Assembly (NCBI RefSeq): GCF_006345805.1
Contig: NC_043026.1
Coordinates: 11,408,001-11,472,000 of the forward strand
Length of the DNA stretch: 64,000 bases
DNA from: Octopus sinensis
Taxonomy: Eukaryota
Direction: 5' to 3'
The translations under genes were made by a program, and so were the position numbers. The notes beneath the pieces were generated by a model, which was not told the origin of the DNA, did not search any database, and saw nothing but the letters and a program-made list of their open reading frames with translations. Below, piece by piece: positions 22,629-39,317 of this stretch. Numbering within the stretch: the first letter of the stretch is position 1; each line of letters starts with the position of its first letter.

Positions 22629-25600
22629 TTAGTGATATGGTTTCTCTCCTTTGTGAATATGAATACGTTTGTGTATCTCAGAATAACTTTTTCGAGAGAA
22701 TGATTTACCACAGATATCACAGTGGTATGGCTTCTCTCCTGTATGACATCTTTTGTGAACAGTCAAACTATCGGTTCGAGGAAATGATTTACCACAGATA
22801 TCACAACAATACGGTTTCTCTCCTGTGTGAATGCGTTTGTGTCTCTCACACTGATATCTTTGAGAGAATGATTTACCACAGATTTCACAATGATATGGAC
22901 TCTCTCCTGTATGACTTTGTTTGTGTACAGTCAAATGTTCATTTCGAGAGAATGATTTACCACAGATATCACAGCAATACGGTTTGTCTCCAGTATGAAT
23001 ACATATGTGTTTAGTTAATTCACCATTATCGCTGAAAGATTTACCACAGATATCACAATGGTATGGATTCTCTCCTGGGTGAATACGTTTGTGTTTATCA
23101 AAGTTGCTTCTTTGAGCGAATGATTTACCACAGATATCGCACTGATATGGTTTCTCCCCTGTATGAATACGTTCGTGTTTGGTTAAAGTGCCACTTTGAG
23201 AGAATGATTTACCACAGACGTCACAATGATATGGCTTCTCTCCTGTATGTATACGTCTATGTTGAATTAATATGCTACCTGCAGAAAATGAGTTACCACA
23301 AATATCACAGTGAAATGGTTTCTCTCCTGTATGACTTTGTTTGTGTCTCTCAGACTGATATCTTTGAGAGAATGATTTACCACATATATCACAGTGATAT
23401 GGTTTTTCTCCAGTATGAATGTGTTTGTGTACAGTCAAATATTCATTTCGAGAGAATGATTTACCACAGATATCACAGTGATATGGTTTCTCTCCTGTGT
23501 GAATGCGTTTGTGTCTCTCAGACTGACATCTTTGAGAGAATGATTTACCACAGATATCACAGTGATGTGGTTTCTCTCCTGTGTGAATGCGTTTGTGTCT
23601 CTCAGACTGATATCTTTGAGAGAATGATTTACCACAGATATCACAGTGATATGGTTTTTCTCCTGTATGACTTTGTTTGTGTACAGCCAAATGTACATTT
23701 CGAGAGAATGATTTACCACAGATATCACAGCGATATGGTTTTTCTCCTGTATGAATACGCTTATGTGTATTTAAATCATACTTTTGACGGAATGATTTAC
23801 CACAGACATCACAGTGATATGGCTTCTCTCCTGTGTGAATGTGTTTGTGTACAGTTAAAGCATATATTCGCGAAAATGATTTATCACAGATATCACAATG
23901 ATATGGTTTTTCCCCTGTATGAACACGTTTGTGAATAGTTAAAGAATTTCCTTTAGAGAATGATTTACCACAGATTTCACAGCGATATGGTTTCTCCCCT
24001 GTATGACTTCTTTTGTGTACAGTTAAGGAAGAACTTTGATGAAATGATTTACCACAAATATCACAGTGATATGATGTCTCTCTTTTGTGAATACATTTGT
24101 GGTTATTAAAGTGACTTTTATGAGCGAATGATTTATCACAGGTATTACAGTGATATGGCTTCTCACCTGTATGAATCCGTTTGTGTACAATTAAACCATC
24201 AATTTGATGAAATGATTTACCACAGATATCACAACAATATGGTCTCTCACCTGTATGATATCTTTTGTGTATAGATAAGCCATCAATTCGACAAAATGAT
24301 TTACCACAGATATCACAATGATATGGCTTCTCACCTGTATGAATACGTTTGTGTTGGGTTAAAACATAACTTCGAGAGAATGATATACCACAGATATCAC
24401 AGTGATATGGCTTCTCTCCTGTGTGAATACGTCTATGCAGTGTTAAGAGATCCTTTCTTGAGAATGATATACCACAAATATCACACTGATATGGTTTTTC
24501 ACCTGTATGGCTCCTTTTGTGTACAGTTAAGCCATCATTTCGAACAAATGATTTACCACAGATATCACAGTGATATGGTTTTTCTCCAGTATGAATACAT
24601 ATGTGTTTAGTTAAATCACCATCATCGCTGAAAGATTTACCACAGGTAACACACTGATATGGTTTCTCTCCTGGGTGAATACATTTGTGTCTATCAAAGG
24701 GACTTCTTTGAGCGAATGATTTACCACAGATATCGCACTGATATGGTTTCTCTCCTGTATGAATACGTTTGTGTACAGTTAGGCCATCAAATCGATGAAA
24801 TGAATTACCGCAGATATCACAACAATATGGTTTCTCTCCTGTATGAATACGTTTGTGTTTGGTTAAAACATAACTTTGAGAGAATGATTTACCACAGATA
24901 TCACAGTGATATGGCTTCTCTCCTGTATGAATATGTTTATGGAGGGTTAAGAAATATTTTGTTGAGAATGATTTACCACAGATATCACAGTGATATGGTT
25001 TTTCTCCTGTGTGAATGCGTTTGTGTACAGTTAATTGACGTGTTTGAGAGAATGATTTACCACAGACGTCACAATGATATGGCTTCTCTCCTGTATGAAT
25101 ACGTCTATGTTTAATTAATATGCCACCTGCAGAAAATGATTTACCACAAATATCACAGTGAAATGGTTTCTCACCTGTATGACTTCGTTTGTGATCAGTA
25201 AGGTGATTACTTCGAGAGAACGATTTACCACAGATATCACAGTGATGTGGCTTCTCTCCTGTATGAATACGTTTATGGAGGGTTAAGAAATATTTTGTTG
25301 AGAATGATTTACGACAGATATCGCACTGATATGGTTTCTCCCTTGTATGAATACGTTCGTGTTTGGTTAAAGTGCCACTCTGAGAGAATGATTTACCACA
25401 GATATCACAGTGATATGGTTTTTCTCCTGTATGGCTTCGTTTGTGTACAACTAAGTAGCCACTTTGAGTGAATGATTTACCACAAATATTACAGCAATAT
25501 GGTTTCTCTCCAGTATGAATACGTTTGTGTTTGCTTAAAGCACCACTTTGAGAAAACGATTTACCACAGATATCACAGTGATAGGATGGTTTCAGTTTCT

Positions 25601-25685
25601 CTTCCTTTATATCACTGGAAAAACCAATGCTTCCAATCTGTAATTTAGATTCAAACTTATTCTCACATAATTCATTTTCCATCAT
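22629..25685 (-). CDS. Poly-C2H2 zinc-finger protein (ZNF-A), 35 fingers, 1018 aa
   Basis: Tandem CxxC-x12-HxxxH units with TGEKP linkers after a ~34-aa leader; no KRAB/BTB/SCAN domain visible. Confidence 0.95.
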   Translation of the reverse strand: MMENELCENKFESKLQIGSIGFSSDIKEEKLKPSYHCDICGKSFSQSGALSKHKRIHTGEKPYCCNICGKSFTQSGYLVVHKRSHTGEKPYHCDICGKSFSQSGTLTKHERIHTREKPYQCDICRKSFSTKYFLTLHKRIHTGEKPHHCDICGKSFSRSNHLTDHKRSHTGEKPFHCDICGKSFSAGGILIKHRRIHTGEKPYHCDVCGKSFSQTRQLTVHKRIHTGEKPYHCDICGKSFSTKYFLTLHKHIHTGEKPYHCDICGKSFSQSYVLTKHKRIHTGEKPYCCDICGNSFHRFDGLTVHKRIHTGEKPYQCDICGKSFAQRSPFDRHKCIHPGEKPYQCVTCGKSFSDDGDLTKHICIHTGEKPYHCDICGKSFVRNDGLTVHKRSHTGEKPYQCDICGISFSRKDLLTLHRRIHTGEKPYHCDICGISFSRSYVLTQHKRIHTGEKPYHCDICGKSFCRIDGLSIHKRYHTGERPYCCDICGKSFHQIDGLIVHKRIHTGEKPYHCNTCDKSFAHKSHFNNHKCIHKRETSYHCDICGKSFHQSSSLTVHKRSHTGEKPYRCEICGKSFSKGNSLTIHKRVHTGEKPYHCDICDKSFSRIYALTVHKHIHTGEKPYHCDVCGKSFRQKYDLNTHKRIHTGEKPYRCDICGKSFSRNVHLAVHKQSHTGEKPYHCDICGKSFSQRYQSERHKRIHTGEKPHHCDICGKSFSQRCQSERHKRIHTGEKPYHCDICGKSFSRNEYLTVHKHIHTGEKPYHCDICGKSFSQRYQSERHKQSHTGEKPFHCDICGNSFSAGSILIQHRRIHTGEKPYHCDVCGKSFSQSGTLTKHERIHTGEKPYQCDICGKSFAQRSNFDKHKRIHPGENPYHCDICGKSFSDNGELTKHICIHTGDKPYCCDICGKSFSRNEHLTVHKQSHTGESPYHCEICGKSFSQRYQCERHKRIHTGEKPYCCDICGKSFPRTDSLTVHKRCHTGEKPYHCDICGKSFSRKSYSEIHKRIHIHKGEKPYH

Positions 25686-26039
25686 TGTTCTTTCCTCACT
25701 ACAATTTCCAGGTGTTTATCTTCTTCACTTTTATATATTTTATTGCTAATAAATATTTATACTACTGTGATCTTTGCTGATATATCATGGACGTTGCAAA
25801 TCCCTCTATAAATCCACTGAAGTTCTTTTCAGATGCAAAATAATCTTGGACACATTCCAGACAGTCAAGAATGCAGTTTTTGTTATCAATCTGAGTTCAG
25901 GAGAAAATGTTTGGCTGTAATATTCCAAAGATTTATATAAGCAGAGTTATATGTGTTCTGCATAAGATTTTCTTTTGAGTCTTTAAACAAGGATATTGAT
26001 GATGTATACCATTCTTAGATGCCAATGTCATTTGTTATT

Positions 26040-26949
26040 CTGAAACAGTAGAGAAAAAAACAGAATAAGATATAGCAGACACTTAAAATAAAGCAATAGA
26101 AATTCTAGAATATTTTTTATATTATAATTGAACTGTTTCCCTCTATTTTCAAGATGTAGATAAATAAATGAGTGTGTGGTAACGAAATTTATTTTCTAAC
26201 CATGTGGTCTTGATTTCAATCCCTCTTTGTGCAACTCACTTCTGCTTTGGGCAACAAGTTAACCAAAGCCTTGTGTGTGGATTTGGTAAACAGCATCAGT
26301 GTGGAAACTTATGTGTATGTATGTTTATATATGTGTGTGTGTATGTACATACATCATACATATATATATATCTATATATATAAAACTCAACGTGTATCTG
26401 TGTGTTTAACTTCCCGGCACAACTCCTCCCAGCCAACAAATCGTAGAACCACCAAAAATGGGTCACTTAAAGTTTAGGCGAATGAAAATTGAACTGTGCT
26501 ATTTCTGTTCCGAAATTCATCTCGCAAGTGCAAAAATCGATAATGTGTTTGTTTAGGCCTTATCCCATGCATTGAATAGTGAACTTTACTCAGTCAGCTG
26601 TTTGACGTGAACTGTGTTCATCACGCGTAAATTGCATGAAAAATAAAAAATCAAGAAATAAAAACGAATCGCCGTAAACATTGTAGAACTTCGGCAAAGG
26701 AATGAATTTTCGGGATGTAGCCTGGAGGGTTTTTTCATATTAATATATATATATACATATATATATATAATTATAATAAAGGGTTAATTGCAACAAGTTG
26801 CTTACACCACATACCGAAAATATTAGAAATAGCAGCCAAATAGGTTACCATAATTATATATAATCCTTACCGAATATGCTCATTTCCATACCGAAAAAAC
26901 TACTAGGTGAAATTTATTGATTTTATTAAATTAATTATATTTCACCCTT

Positions 26950-27003
<54 letters not shown>

Positions 27004-27272
27004 AGGGTATGATAGAAGAAGGCTAACTCTTCCTTCCGTAGAAGAAAAAATTCAAATCGGACCATTTTAACACCAAAAATTATTTACATCAAAAAGTTGC
27101 CTTTTTTCTATGAAAATCCCAATTTTTTTACGATGTTTTGACTCCTGTGTCGCCATTTTTCGTTGTTTTTCACTTAAAGAGAATAACAAGCTACATACTG
27201 CCGAAGTTTTACTTTTCAAAAATTCCAATTCTAAAGAGTCTAAACAAACCGCAATGCCGGGCGATACTGCTA

Positions 27273-27327
<55 letters not shown>

Positions 27328-28042
27328 TGAGAAAGTTGGTTTGTGAAAACACGTGGTTGAATATATAGAAAATAGTAAAAAACTACAAAAGGCTTGTTTT
27401 AAAATATATATTTTTTAACCTTTTAAAACAAGCCTTCTGTAGTTTTTACTATTTTCTATATATATATATATATACTTAATAAAAAGGGTTCAGCAAAGAT
27501 TTGCTTTACCACACCGAAGTTTAGAAATAGCAGCCAAATATCTTCTACTTTAAAAAGGGACTCCTTTTAAAGTAAAAAAAATAGCTAAGATTTTTGGCTG
27601 CTATTTCTAAACTTCGGTATGTGATAAAGCAAATCTTTGCTGAACCCTTTTTATTAAGTATTACTTAAGTTTACCGTGAAACGGTCCTTTTTTCATACCG
27701 ATTTCTACTTGGTGGAATTATTGATTACTGCTTAATTAATTAATTTTACCCTTTGTTATTATTGATATATATATATATATATATATATTTAAAAGGGCGA
27801 TCCCAGTAAAACCAAAGCACTTATTTTGGTTTTACTGGGATCGCCCTTTTAAGTAGAAAGAATAGCCAAAACTTTTTGACTGCTATTTCTAAATTCGGTA
27901 TGTGGTGAGGCAAATCGTTGCTGAACCCTTAATTAATTAGTATTACTTAAACCTTCCTTGAATGGGTCTTTTACATACCGAACTCTACTTGGCGAAATTA
28001 ATGATTATTTTTAGATTAATTAATTTCACCCTATATTATTGA

Positions 28043-28080
<38 letters not shown>

Positions 28081-28215
28081 GCATGCATACACAGGTATTT
28101 CAGTACATATAAATTTATAAATAACTAGAAGAGATAGCTGGCATAGCTCATGACACATGGAACTGAACGATTAGACATTTCTTTTATATTTTCTCTAATG
28201 AACTGGAATACTTAC
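26040..28215 (-). other. Predicted 5'UTR intron of ZNF-A (paralogous introns 31908-37626, 41239-46844, 50679-55214, 62546-beyond the window)
   Basis: Minus-strand donor CG|GTAAGT and acceptor polypyrimidine tract + TTTCAG|AATA at homologous positions in the paralogues; no RNA evidence. Confidence 0.65.
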
Positions 28216-28249
28216 CGTTTGAATTTCATCAAAATTCCAGATTAAGAAT

Positions 28250-28320
28250 TTTATCGACTAGTCACGACTAGCTAGTGCGGATGCGCGCACCGGGACCATT
28301 CTTCTTTAAATAGTACCCTA
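28250..28320 (-). promoter_or_regulatory. Putative ZNF core promoter (copies at ~37665-37730, ~46882-46945; related at 55450-55530 and 56068-56130)
   Basis: CpG-rich motif CTAGTCACGACTAG...GGATGCGCGCACC (NRF1-like TGCGCGCA) just upstream of the predicted first exon. Confidence 0.5.
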
Positions 28321-29281
28321 ATAAAATCGTTATACACGCCACCTGAAAGGTATTCGTCCAAAATTTTAGCTTTAAAACATCCAGTTGGCTTATTAAAAAA
28401 AAACTGGCGACGATAGTTAAAAGTACATAGTTTTTACACATGAGTTGTTATGTCTAAAGTTGGTGGAGAACAGAATTAATATTATTGTCTGACAAGCAAC
28501 ATCAAACGTTTTACAATAAACATATCCAAATACCTTTACAAAAATATTTCTATTATTATATCTTACCGGTAATGATACATAAATCTGGGTTTATAAATGA
28601 AATATCTTCAATTACAATAGACACGTGCTTTCACTGACAGCAAACAATAGAAATTGGCTTTCACACTAGAAATGACAAAACCCGACTAGGAAACAAAAAC
28701 GAGGGAACGAAATTAGTTTCTATTTATAAGCGCCTACAAAATCATATATGTATTATTTCGAAAACTGTTATTTTGAAATATAAAAACTGTATAAAACTTT
28801 ACTTAAAATACGAACACAGGGTAATTCTATACATTTTCTCCGCCGACAATATCCGATCGGCTGAGTCGTGTCGGAAGGGACAATAAAACTCAGTGCTATA
28901 ATTCTGAATATGTTTCTGAAGAACAATGAAATATCGATCTAGCTTCACAGGAGCTCAAAAAAAAAGACGTAAATATCATTCCCATTTTAACTGTTTCTCA
29001 AAGTTAAAGAATGTATACAGAAGTTGACTGTCCTAATTTTTAGTTCGTTTCGTTTTATCCATATCGGTGTTTCAAGTGGTGCCGTGAAATTTTAGTCCGA
29101 GTTGAATGGACATCACGAAATATACTGATTAGCCACAAGAAAAATAGATTAAAAATAGAAAATACATGGAGAAATACAAATAAGAATTTTAGTCGGCTGT
29201 GGGAAAATAATTACTGCTTTTATTGATTCATTGTATAATATAAGTAGTATTAAATATATAGTCCATGATATATATATACCA

Positions 29282-29512
29282 GGCGGCGAGCTGGCAGAAA
29301 AGTTAGCACGCCGGGCGAAATACGTAGCCGTATTTCGTCTGCCGTTACGTTCTGAGTTCAAATTCCGTCGAGGTCGACTTTGCCTTTCATCCTTTCGGCG
29401 TTGATTCAATAAGTACCAGTTACGCACTGCGGTCGATGTAATCGACTTAATCCGTGTGTCTGTCCTTGTTTGTCCTCTCTGTGTTTAGCCCCTCGTGGGT
29501 AGTAAAGAAATA
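29282..29512 (+). mobile_element. Second tRNA-derived SINE family (copies 38699-38930, 47911-48125)
   Basis: A box-like TGGCAGAAAAG, B box GAGTTCAAATTCC; 3' hairpin gcccctcgtgggt + aaagaaata. Confidence 0.8.
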
Positions 29513-29513
29513 G

Positions 29514-29545
<32 letters not shown>

Positions 29546-29619
29546 TTACACCATCCTGTACAAGATGTCGGGCGGGTTATGGACTGACGTGGTCTGAACA
29601 GTCAGCTTTACCCCAGAAA

Positions 29620-31553
<1,934 letters not shown>

Positions 31554-32416
31554 TGTTCTTTCCTCACTACAATTTCCAGGTGTTTATCTTCTTAACTTTT
31601 ATATATTTTATTGCTAATAAATATTTATACTACTGTGATCTTTGCTGATATATCATGGACGTTGCAAATCCCTTTATAAATCCACTGAAGTTCGTTTCAG
31701 ATGCAAAATAATCTTGGACACATTCCAGACAGTCAAGAAAGCAGTTGTTGTTATCAATCTGAGTTCAGGAGAAAATGTTTGGCTGTAATATTCCAAAGAT
31801 TTATATAAGCAGAGTTATGTGTGTTCTGCATAAGATTTTCTTTTGAGTCTTTAAACAAGGATATTGATGATGTATACCATTCTTAGATGCCAATGTCATT
31901 TGTTATTCTGAAACAGTAGAGAAAAAAACAGAATAAGATATAGCAGACACTTAAAATAAAGCAGTAGAAATTCTAGAATATTTCTTATATTATAATTGAA
32001 CTGTTTCCCTCTATTTTCAAGATGTAGATAAATAAATGGGTGTGTGGTAACGAAATTTATTTTCTAACCACGTGGTCTTGATTTCAATCCCTCTTTGTGC
32101 AACTCACTTCTGCTTTGGGCAACAAGTTAACCAAAGCCTTGTGTGTGGATTTGGTAAACAGCATCAGTGTGGAAACTTATGTGTATGTATGTTTATGTAT
32201 GTGTGTGTGTATGTACATACATACATCATACATGTATGTATATATCTAAATATATATAAAACTCAACTTGTGTCTGTGCATGTATCTGTGTGAATCGCAG
32301 TAAACATTGTAGAAATTCAGCAAAGAAATGAATTTTCGGCATGTAGCCTAAAGGGGTTTTTGTATTAATATATATATATATGTATGTAAATATATATATA
32401 TATATATATATATATA

Positions 32417-33550
32417 CTTTGATAGGTTTTGGCCATGTCTAACTTAATAGCACCACCTGGTGAAGTCTTTCAAGTCAGAATTTGGGCACTATGGCCCACT
32501 CAAGCAGAGAGTTATTGCTTACAGAGACATATCCGGGTGTAGGGGCTTATCCGGGATTTTTTTAAGGAATCTGTCCAAAGACTTCTTGAACCCTATAGGG
32601 TCTGTTTCTGTTTTAATGTGTTTTGGTGTAATGTTAAAGAGAGCGGGGTCAATTGAGGTGAAATAATCGTGCCGTATTGTTGTTATGAGATGAGAGTGCG
32701 CTTTTTGTTTTGGACGGATGGCACGGGGCGCAAGCCTTGGATGTACCTTAAAGGTGATGCCAACATCATTTGGGCAATGCTGATGGAATATTTTCCACAT
32801 CATGCAGATGCTGAAGCGCTCACGGCGACGTTGAAGAGAATAAAGTTTTAGCTTTTCTAGTCGACCCCAATAGTCGAGGCCTGTCATGCCATCTATCTTC
32901 TTTGTGATTGCCCTTTGAGGTGCTTCAACTTTTATGATACTTTGTTTTGTGTGGGGAGACCACAGTGGACAACAGTATTCAAGGTGGGGTCAGGCAAAAG
33001 TAGAGAAGAGAAGGATAATGGTGTGGATATCTCTCGACTGGAAAGTTCAGAGAATTCAGGAACACATTCTGCGGGCCATGTCAACTTTGGTGTTTATATG
33101 AGTGGCCCAGCTTATGTTGTTGTCCACAATTACTCCCAGTCTCTGATGTTGTTGGATGCCACGAGAGTTTCACCTGAAGGAAGGGAGTATGGGAGTTTCA
33201 GGGCATCCTCTTTTCCAAAGTGGATTAACTCGAATTTATCCTCGTTCAGCAGCATATTGTTCTTTTCTGCCCATTGGATAACAGCCAGTAGATCTGACTG
33301 AAGGCATGTCCGGTCACTCGCCTTATTTATGACCTTCTAGAGCTTGGAATAATCTGCAAAGATTTTTATGTTGCTGTGCTTGATGATGTCATTAATGTAG
33401 ATGATGAAAAGAAGTGGGCCCAGCACAGTGCCTTGCGGAACACCACTACTGGCTTTGGCTGGGCTTGATTTTACTCCTTCAACTACAACATGTTGAGATC
33501 TGTCTGTCAGGAAACACTTGATCCATTTCAGTAACTTTCCAGAGACACAG
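32417..33550 (-). mobile_element. CR1-like LINE fragment (RT to 3' end, degenerate)
   Basis: SGVPQGTVLGPLLFIIYIND...IFADYSK and YWGRLEKLKLYSLQRRRER motifs. Confidence 0.88.
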
Positions 33551-33627
<77 letters not shown>

Positions 33628-33843
33628 CACGAAAGTCTCGCAGAAAATGCAGAACCTCAGCGATGTTGCATACCTGCAGCAGGAGTTGGACTCAATCTAC
33701 TGATGGGCTGAGGATAATAATATGCAGTTTAATGTCTCATTTAAAAATATATAAATATATATATATATATATAGATATCATCATATATATATGTAAATAT
33801 ATATATATATCATCATCTATATATGTATGTAAATATATATATA

Positions 33844-33874
<31 letters not shown>

Positions 33875-33919
33875 GCATTAATAAATCTCCGAACGAGATG
33901 TAAACAGTAACCACTCGAC

Positions 33920-34348
33920 AACGTAAAGTGTACTAGACATCTGAATGTGGCTAGCCACTGGGGGTGGGTGTTACTGACGCTTTTAGCCCCAGGAGATCGA
34001 TGTCTCCAGCTGGCCTTAGACACAATTTTCTGTGCCCTTCTGATATTTGCAATTTTCTAAATCAGTGACTGTGGTTGCTGGGAAAAACATTAAATATTAT
34101 TTGCAAAGGTCTCCTTCATAGAAAACCGGTGTTTACCATACGTTGACGAGAGGCAAAAACCTTGAAACTATATTCCGTATGTATCCCTTAGGTTTTCGAG
34201 GGAGGATGACCTCCCTTAGCACAAGAGCACAGAGCACAGGAATTGTGTCTAAGGACAGCTGGAGATGTCGATCTCCTGGGGCTAACAGCGTCAGTAACAC
34301 CCACCCCCAGTGGCTAGCCACATTCAGATGGCTAGTACACTTTACATT
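33920..34348. mobile_element. Foldback/MITE-like element (rearranged relative at 56836-56959)
   Basis: ~115-bp inverted arms 33921-34035 / 34232-34348. Confidence 0.75.
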
Positions 34349-34395
34349 ACATACATATGTGTATATATATATATATATATGTGTGTGTGTATATG

Positions 34396-34463
<68 letters not shown>

Positions 34464-34631
34464 ATATATATATGTATATATATATATATATATGTACGTA
34501 TATATATGTATATATATATATATATACATATATATGTATATATATATACATATATATATATAATATATATATATATATATAATATATATAATATATATAT
34601 ATATATATGTATATATATATGTGTGTATATG

Positions 34632-34666
<35 letters not shown>

Positions 34667-34677
34667 GTGTGTATATG

Positions 34678-34708
<31 letters not shown>

Positions 34709-34774
34709 ATGTATATGTATGTATATATGTATGTATATATATATATATGTATATATATAATATATATATATATG

Positions 34775-34824
<50 letters not shown>

Positions 34825-34938
34825 GTATATATATATATGTGTGTATATGTATATATATATGTATGTATATATTATGTGTATATATATATATGTGTATATA
34901 TATATATATATGTATGTATATATATATGTGTATATATA

Positions 34939-34972
<34 letters not shown>

Positions 34973-34997
34973 CATATATATATTATATATATATATA
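34349..34997. repeat. Long compound (TA)n/(TATG)n microsatellite
   Basis: ~650 bp of TA/TG repeats. Confidence 0.97.
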
Positions 34998-35790
34998 TGA
35001 AAGTCTCGCAGAAAATACAGAACCCCAGCGATGTTGCAGAATTCCAGGCCCTGCGCTACCAACATCCAAAACTGAATATTAAACTTACAGGATACACCGG
35101 TCCACAAAGAATTTCAATCACAGAGCCTAAGTCTGTGAGGGACCTGGGTATCCAAGTGCACATTACCAGGATGGCGACAAAGTGCAGACGACTGGCTGGG
35201 TGGATCCTAAGAACATTCAGAACCAGAGATAAGGAAACCATGATGTTCCTCTAGCAGACATTCGTCCTCAGCTGCCTGGATTACTGCTCACAGCTATGGT
35301 CACCCACCAGTATAGAATTAACAGCGGACCTTGAAGCAATCCAGAGAACATTCACAAAGAAGATCGTCTCTTTGCAACAGCTCAGCTACTGGGAAAGGTT
35401 GAAACAGTTAAGACTCTACTCCCTGGAGAGAAGACGGGAGAGGTATGCAGTAATATATGTCTGGAAGATCCTGGAAGGAATTGTGCCAAATTTTGGCATT
35501 GTAGGCTACACCAATGCTAGAACGGAACGACACTGCATAGTGCCAAAGATCCCAACAATGCCATCACGCATCAGGACCAGCTTCTGCAACAGCCTGGGTT
35601 TCAAGGACCCACAGCTTTTTAATATTCTCCCAAAGAGTCTGAAGAACTTGAACAAAGTAGATGTAGCTTTCAAAGCTGGACATCAAGACTCTTCACCAAG
35701 TGCCACATATTAGACGAGGTTCGTCGTAATAACAGTGTAGCACAAAACAGCGGTGCATCAGCATGGCCGCAGCTCTGAGCTGAAACTAGA
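34998..35790 (+). mobile_element. CR1-like LINE 3' fragment, different subfamily (short related piece 33630-33735)
   Basis: VRDLGI...LAGWILRTF...LDYCSQLWSP...YWERLKQLRLYSLERRRERY. Confidence 0.88.
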
Positions 35791-36000
35791 AAAAAAATAT
35801 ATATATATAATTATAATAAAGGGTTGATTGCAACAAGTTGCTTAAACCACTTACCGAAAATATTAGAAATAGTAGCCAAATAGGTTACCATAATTATATA
35901 TAATCCTTACCGAATATGGTCATTTCCATACCGAGAAAACTACTAGGTGAAATTTATTGATTTTATTAAATTAATTATATTTCACCCCTAATGTGTATGT

Positions 36001-36041
<41 letters not shown>

Positions 36042-36337
36042 CATACATATACACACACACATATATATATATATATGAGAGTATGATAGAAGACTAACCC
36101 TTCCTTCCGTAGAAGAAAAAATTCAAATCAGACCATTTTAACACCAAAAATTACTTACATCAAAGAGGTGCCTTTTTTCTATGAAAATCCCTATTTTTTA
36201 CGATGTTTTGACTGCTGTGTCGCCATTTTTCACTTAAAGAGAATAACAAGCTACATACTGCCAAATTTTTACTTTTCAAAAATTCCAATTCTAAAGCGTC
36301 TAAACAAACCGCAATGCCGGGCGATACTGCTAGTATG

Positions 36338-36389
<52 letters not shown>

Positions 36390-37160
36390 TGAGAAAGTTG
36401 GTTTGTGAAAGCACGTGGTTGAATATATAGAAAATAGTAAAAAACTACAAAAGGCTTGTTTTAAAATATATATTTTTTAACCTTTTAAAACAAGCCTTCT
36501 GTAGTTTTTACTATTTTCTATATATATATATATACTTAATAAAAAGGGTTCAGCAAAGATTTGCCGAAGTTTAGAAATAGCAGCCAAATATCTTCTACTT
36601 TAAAAAGGGACTCCTTTTAAAGTAAAAGAAATAGCTAAGATTTTTGGCTACTATTTCTAAACTTCGGTATGTGATAAAGCAAATCTTTGCTGAACCCTTT
36701 TTATTAAGAATTACTTAAGTTTACCGTGAAACGGTCCTTTTTTCATACCGATTTCTACTTGGTGGAATTATTGATTACTTCTTAATTAATTAATTTTACC
36801 CTTTGTTATTATTGATATATATATATACATATTTAAAAGGGCGATCCCAGTAAAACCAAAGCACTTATTTTGGTTTTACTGGGATCGCCCTTTTAAGTAG
36901 AAAGAATAGCCAAAACTTTTTGACTGCTATTTCTAAATTCGGTATGTGGTGAGGCAAATCGTTGCTGAACCCTTAATTAATTAGTATTACTTAAACCTTC
37001 CTTGAATGGGTCTTTTACATACCGAACTCTACTTGGCGAAATTAATGATTATTTTTAGATTAATTAATTTCACCCTATATTATTGATAATTATATATATA
37101 TATATATATATAATATGCATGCATACACAGGTATTTCAGTACATATAAATTTATAAATAA

Positions 37161-37535
37161 CTAGCAGTATCGCCTGGCGTTGCTCGGATTTGTAAGGGAA
37201 ATACCTATATAACCATTTTTAGAGAGTTATAGCTGAAAAATGCATTAAAAATGGAAAAAAAAATTATAGTAATTTTTTTTTTTAAATCGTTGACTCATCA
37301 TACATTTTAGAGAGTTACTTCCCTTATATAATAGCGAAAAAATGCACTAAAATGGAAAAAAATGATGGTAAATTCTTTTTTAAATCGTAGACGCGCGCTA
37401 ATACCCAGAAGGGCTCGATATGAATCACGACTATAAGATACCCGGTTTGGGTTAAACTGCACCGCAAAATGCGGGAGTAGTTAGGAATCTAAATCGTAAG
37501 AGATAGACACACAACCTTACTTTTATATATAAAGA
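37161..37535 (-). mobile_element. Non-autonomous Helitron (copy 46379-46753; absent from the unit at ~28125)
   Basis: Homologous to 4834-5346; TC...CTAG termini on minus. Confidence 0.82.
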
Positions 37536-39073
37536 CTAGCAAAGATAGCTGGCATTGCTCATGACACACGGAACTGAACGATTAGACATTTCTTTTATAT
37601 TTTCTCTAATGAACTGGAATACTTACCGTTTGAATTTCATCAAAATTCCAGATTAAGAATTTTATCGACTAGTCACGACTAGCTAGTGCGGATGCGCGCA
37701 CTGGGACCATTCTTCTTTAAATAGTACCCTAATAAAATCGTTATACACGCCACCTGAAAGGTATTCGTCCAAAATTTTAGCTTTAAAACATCCAGTTGGC
37801 TTATTAAAAAAAAACTGGCGACGATAGTTAAAAGTACATAGTTTTTACACATGAGTTGTTATGTCTAAAGTTGGTGGAGAACAGAATTAATATTATTGTC
37901 TGACAAGCAACATCAAACGTTTTACAATAAACATATCCAAATACCTTTACAAAAATATTTCTATTATTATATCTTACCGGTAATGATACATAAATCTGGG
38001 TTTATAAATGAAATATCTTCAATTACAATAGACACGTGCTTCCACTGACAGAAAACAATAGAAATTGGCTTTCACACTAGAAATGACAAAACCTGACTAG
38101 GAAACAAAAACGAGGGAACGAAATTAGTTTCTATTTATAAGCGCCTACAAAATTATATATGTATTATTTCGAAAACTGTTATTTTGAAATATAAAAACTG
38201 TATAAAACTTTACTTAAAATACGAACACAGGGCAATTCTATACATTTTCTCCGCCGACAATATCCGATCGGCTGAGTCGTGTCGGAAGGGACAATAAAAC
38301 TCAGTGCTATAATTCTGAATATGTTTCTGAAGAACAATGAAATATCGATCTAGCTTTACAGAAGCTCAAAAAAAAAAAAAAAGACATAAATATCATTCCC
38401 ATTTTAACTGTTTCTCAAAGTTAAAGAATGGATACAGACGGTGACTGTCCTAATTTTTAGTTTGTTTCGTTTTATCCATATCGGTGTTTCAAGTGGTGCC
38501 GTGAAATTTTAGTCCGAGTTGAATGGACATCATGAAATATACTGATTAGCCACAAGAAAAATAGATTAAAAATAGAAAATACATGGAGAAATACAAATAA
38601 GAATTTTAGTCGGCTGTGGGAAAATAATTACTGCTTTTATTGATTCATTGTATAATATAAGTAGTATTAAATATATAGTCCATGATATATATATACCAGG
38701 CGGCGAGCTGGCAGAAAAGTTAGCACGCCGGGCGAAATACGTAGCCGTATTTCGTCTGCCGTTACGTTCTGAGTTCAAATTCCGTCGAGGTCGACTTTGC
38801 CTTTCATCCTTTCGGCGTTGATTCAATAAGTACCAGTTACGCACTGCGGTCGATGTAATCGACTTAATCCGTGTGTCTGTCCTTGTTTGTCCTCTCTGTG
38901 TTTAGCCCCTCGTGGGTAGTAAAGAAATAGCTATATATATATATATATACTTACACCATCCTGTACAAGATGTCGGGCGGGTTATGGACTGACGTGGTCT
39001 GAACAGTCAGCTTTACCCCAGAAAGCATAATGATATGGCTTTTACCTTGTTTGAATACGTGTGTGCATAGTTA

Positions 39074-39317
<244 letters not shown>

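Noticed and set aside
27670-27695. GAAACGGTC as the 3' half of a hammerhead
   Set aside because: No upstream CUGANGA (only ctgaaccc)
34133-35254. Long YI/IY-rich ORFs
   Set aside because: Translations of the (TA)n microsatellite
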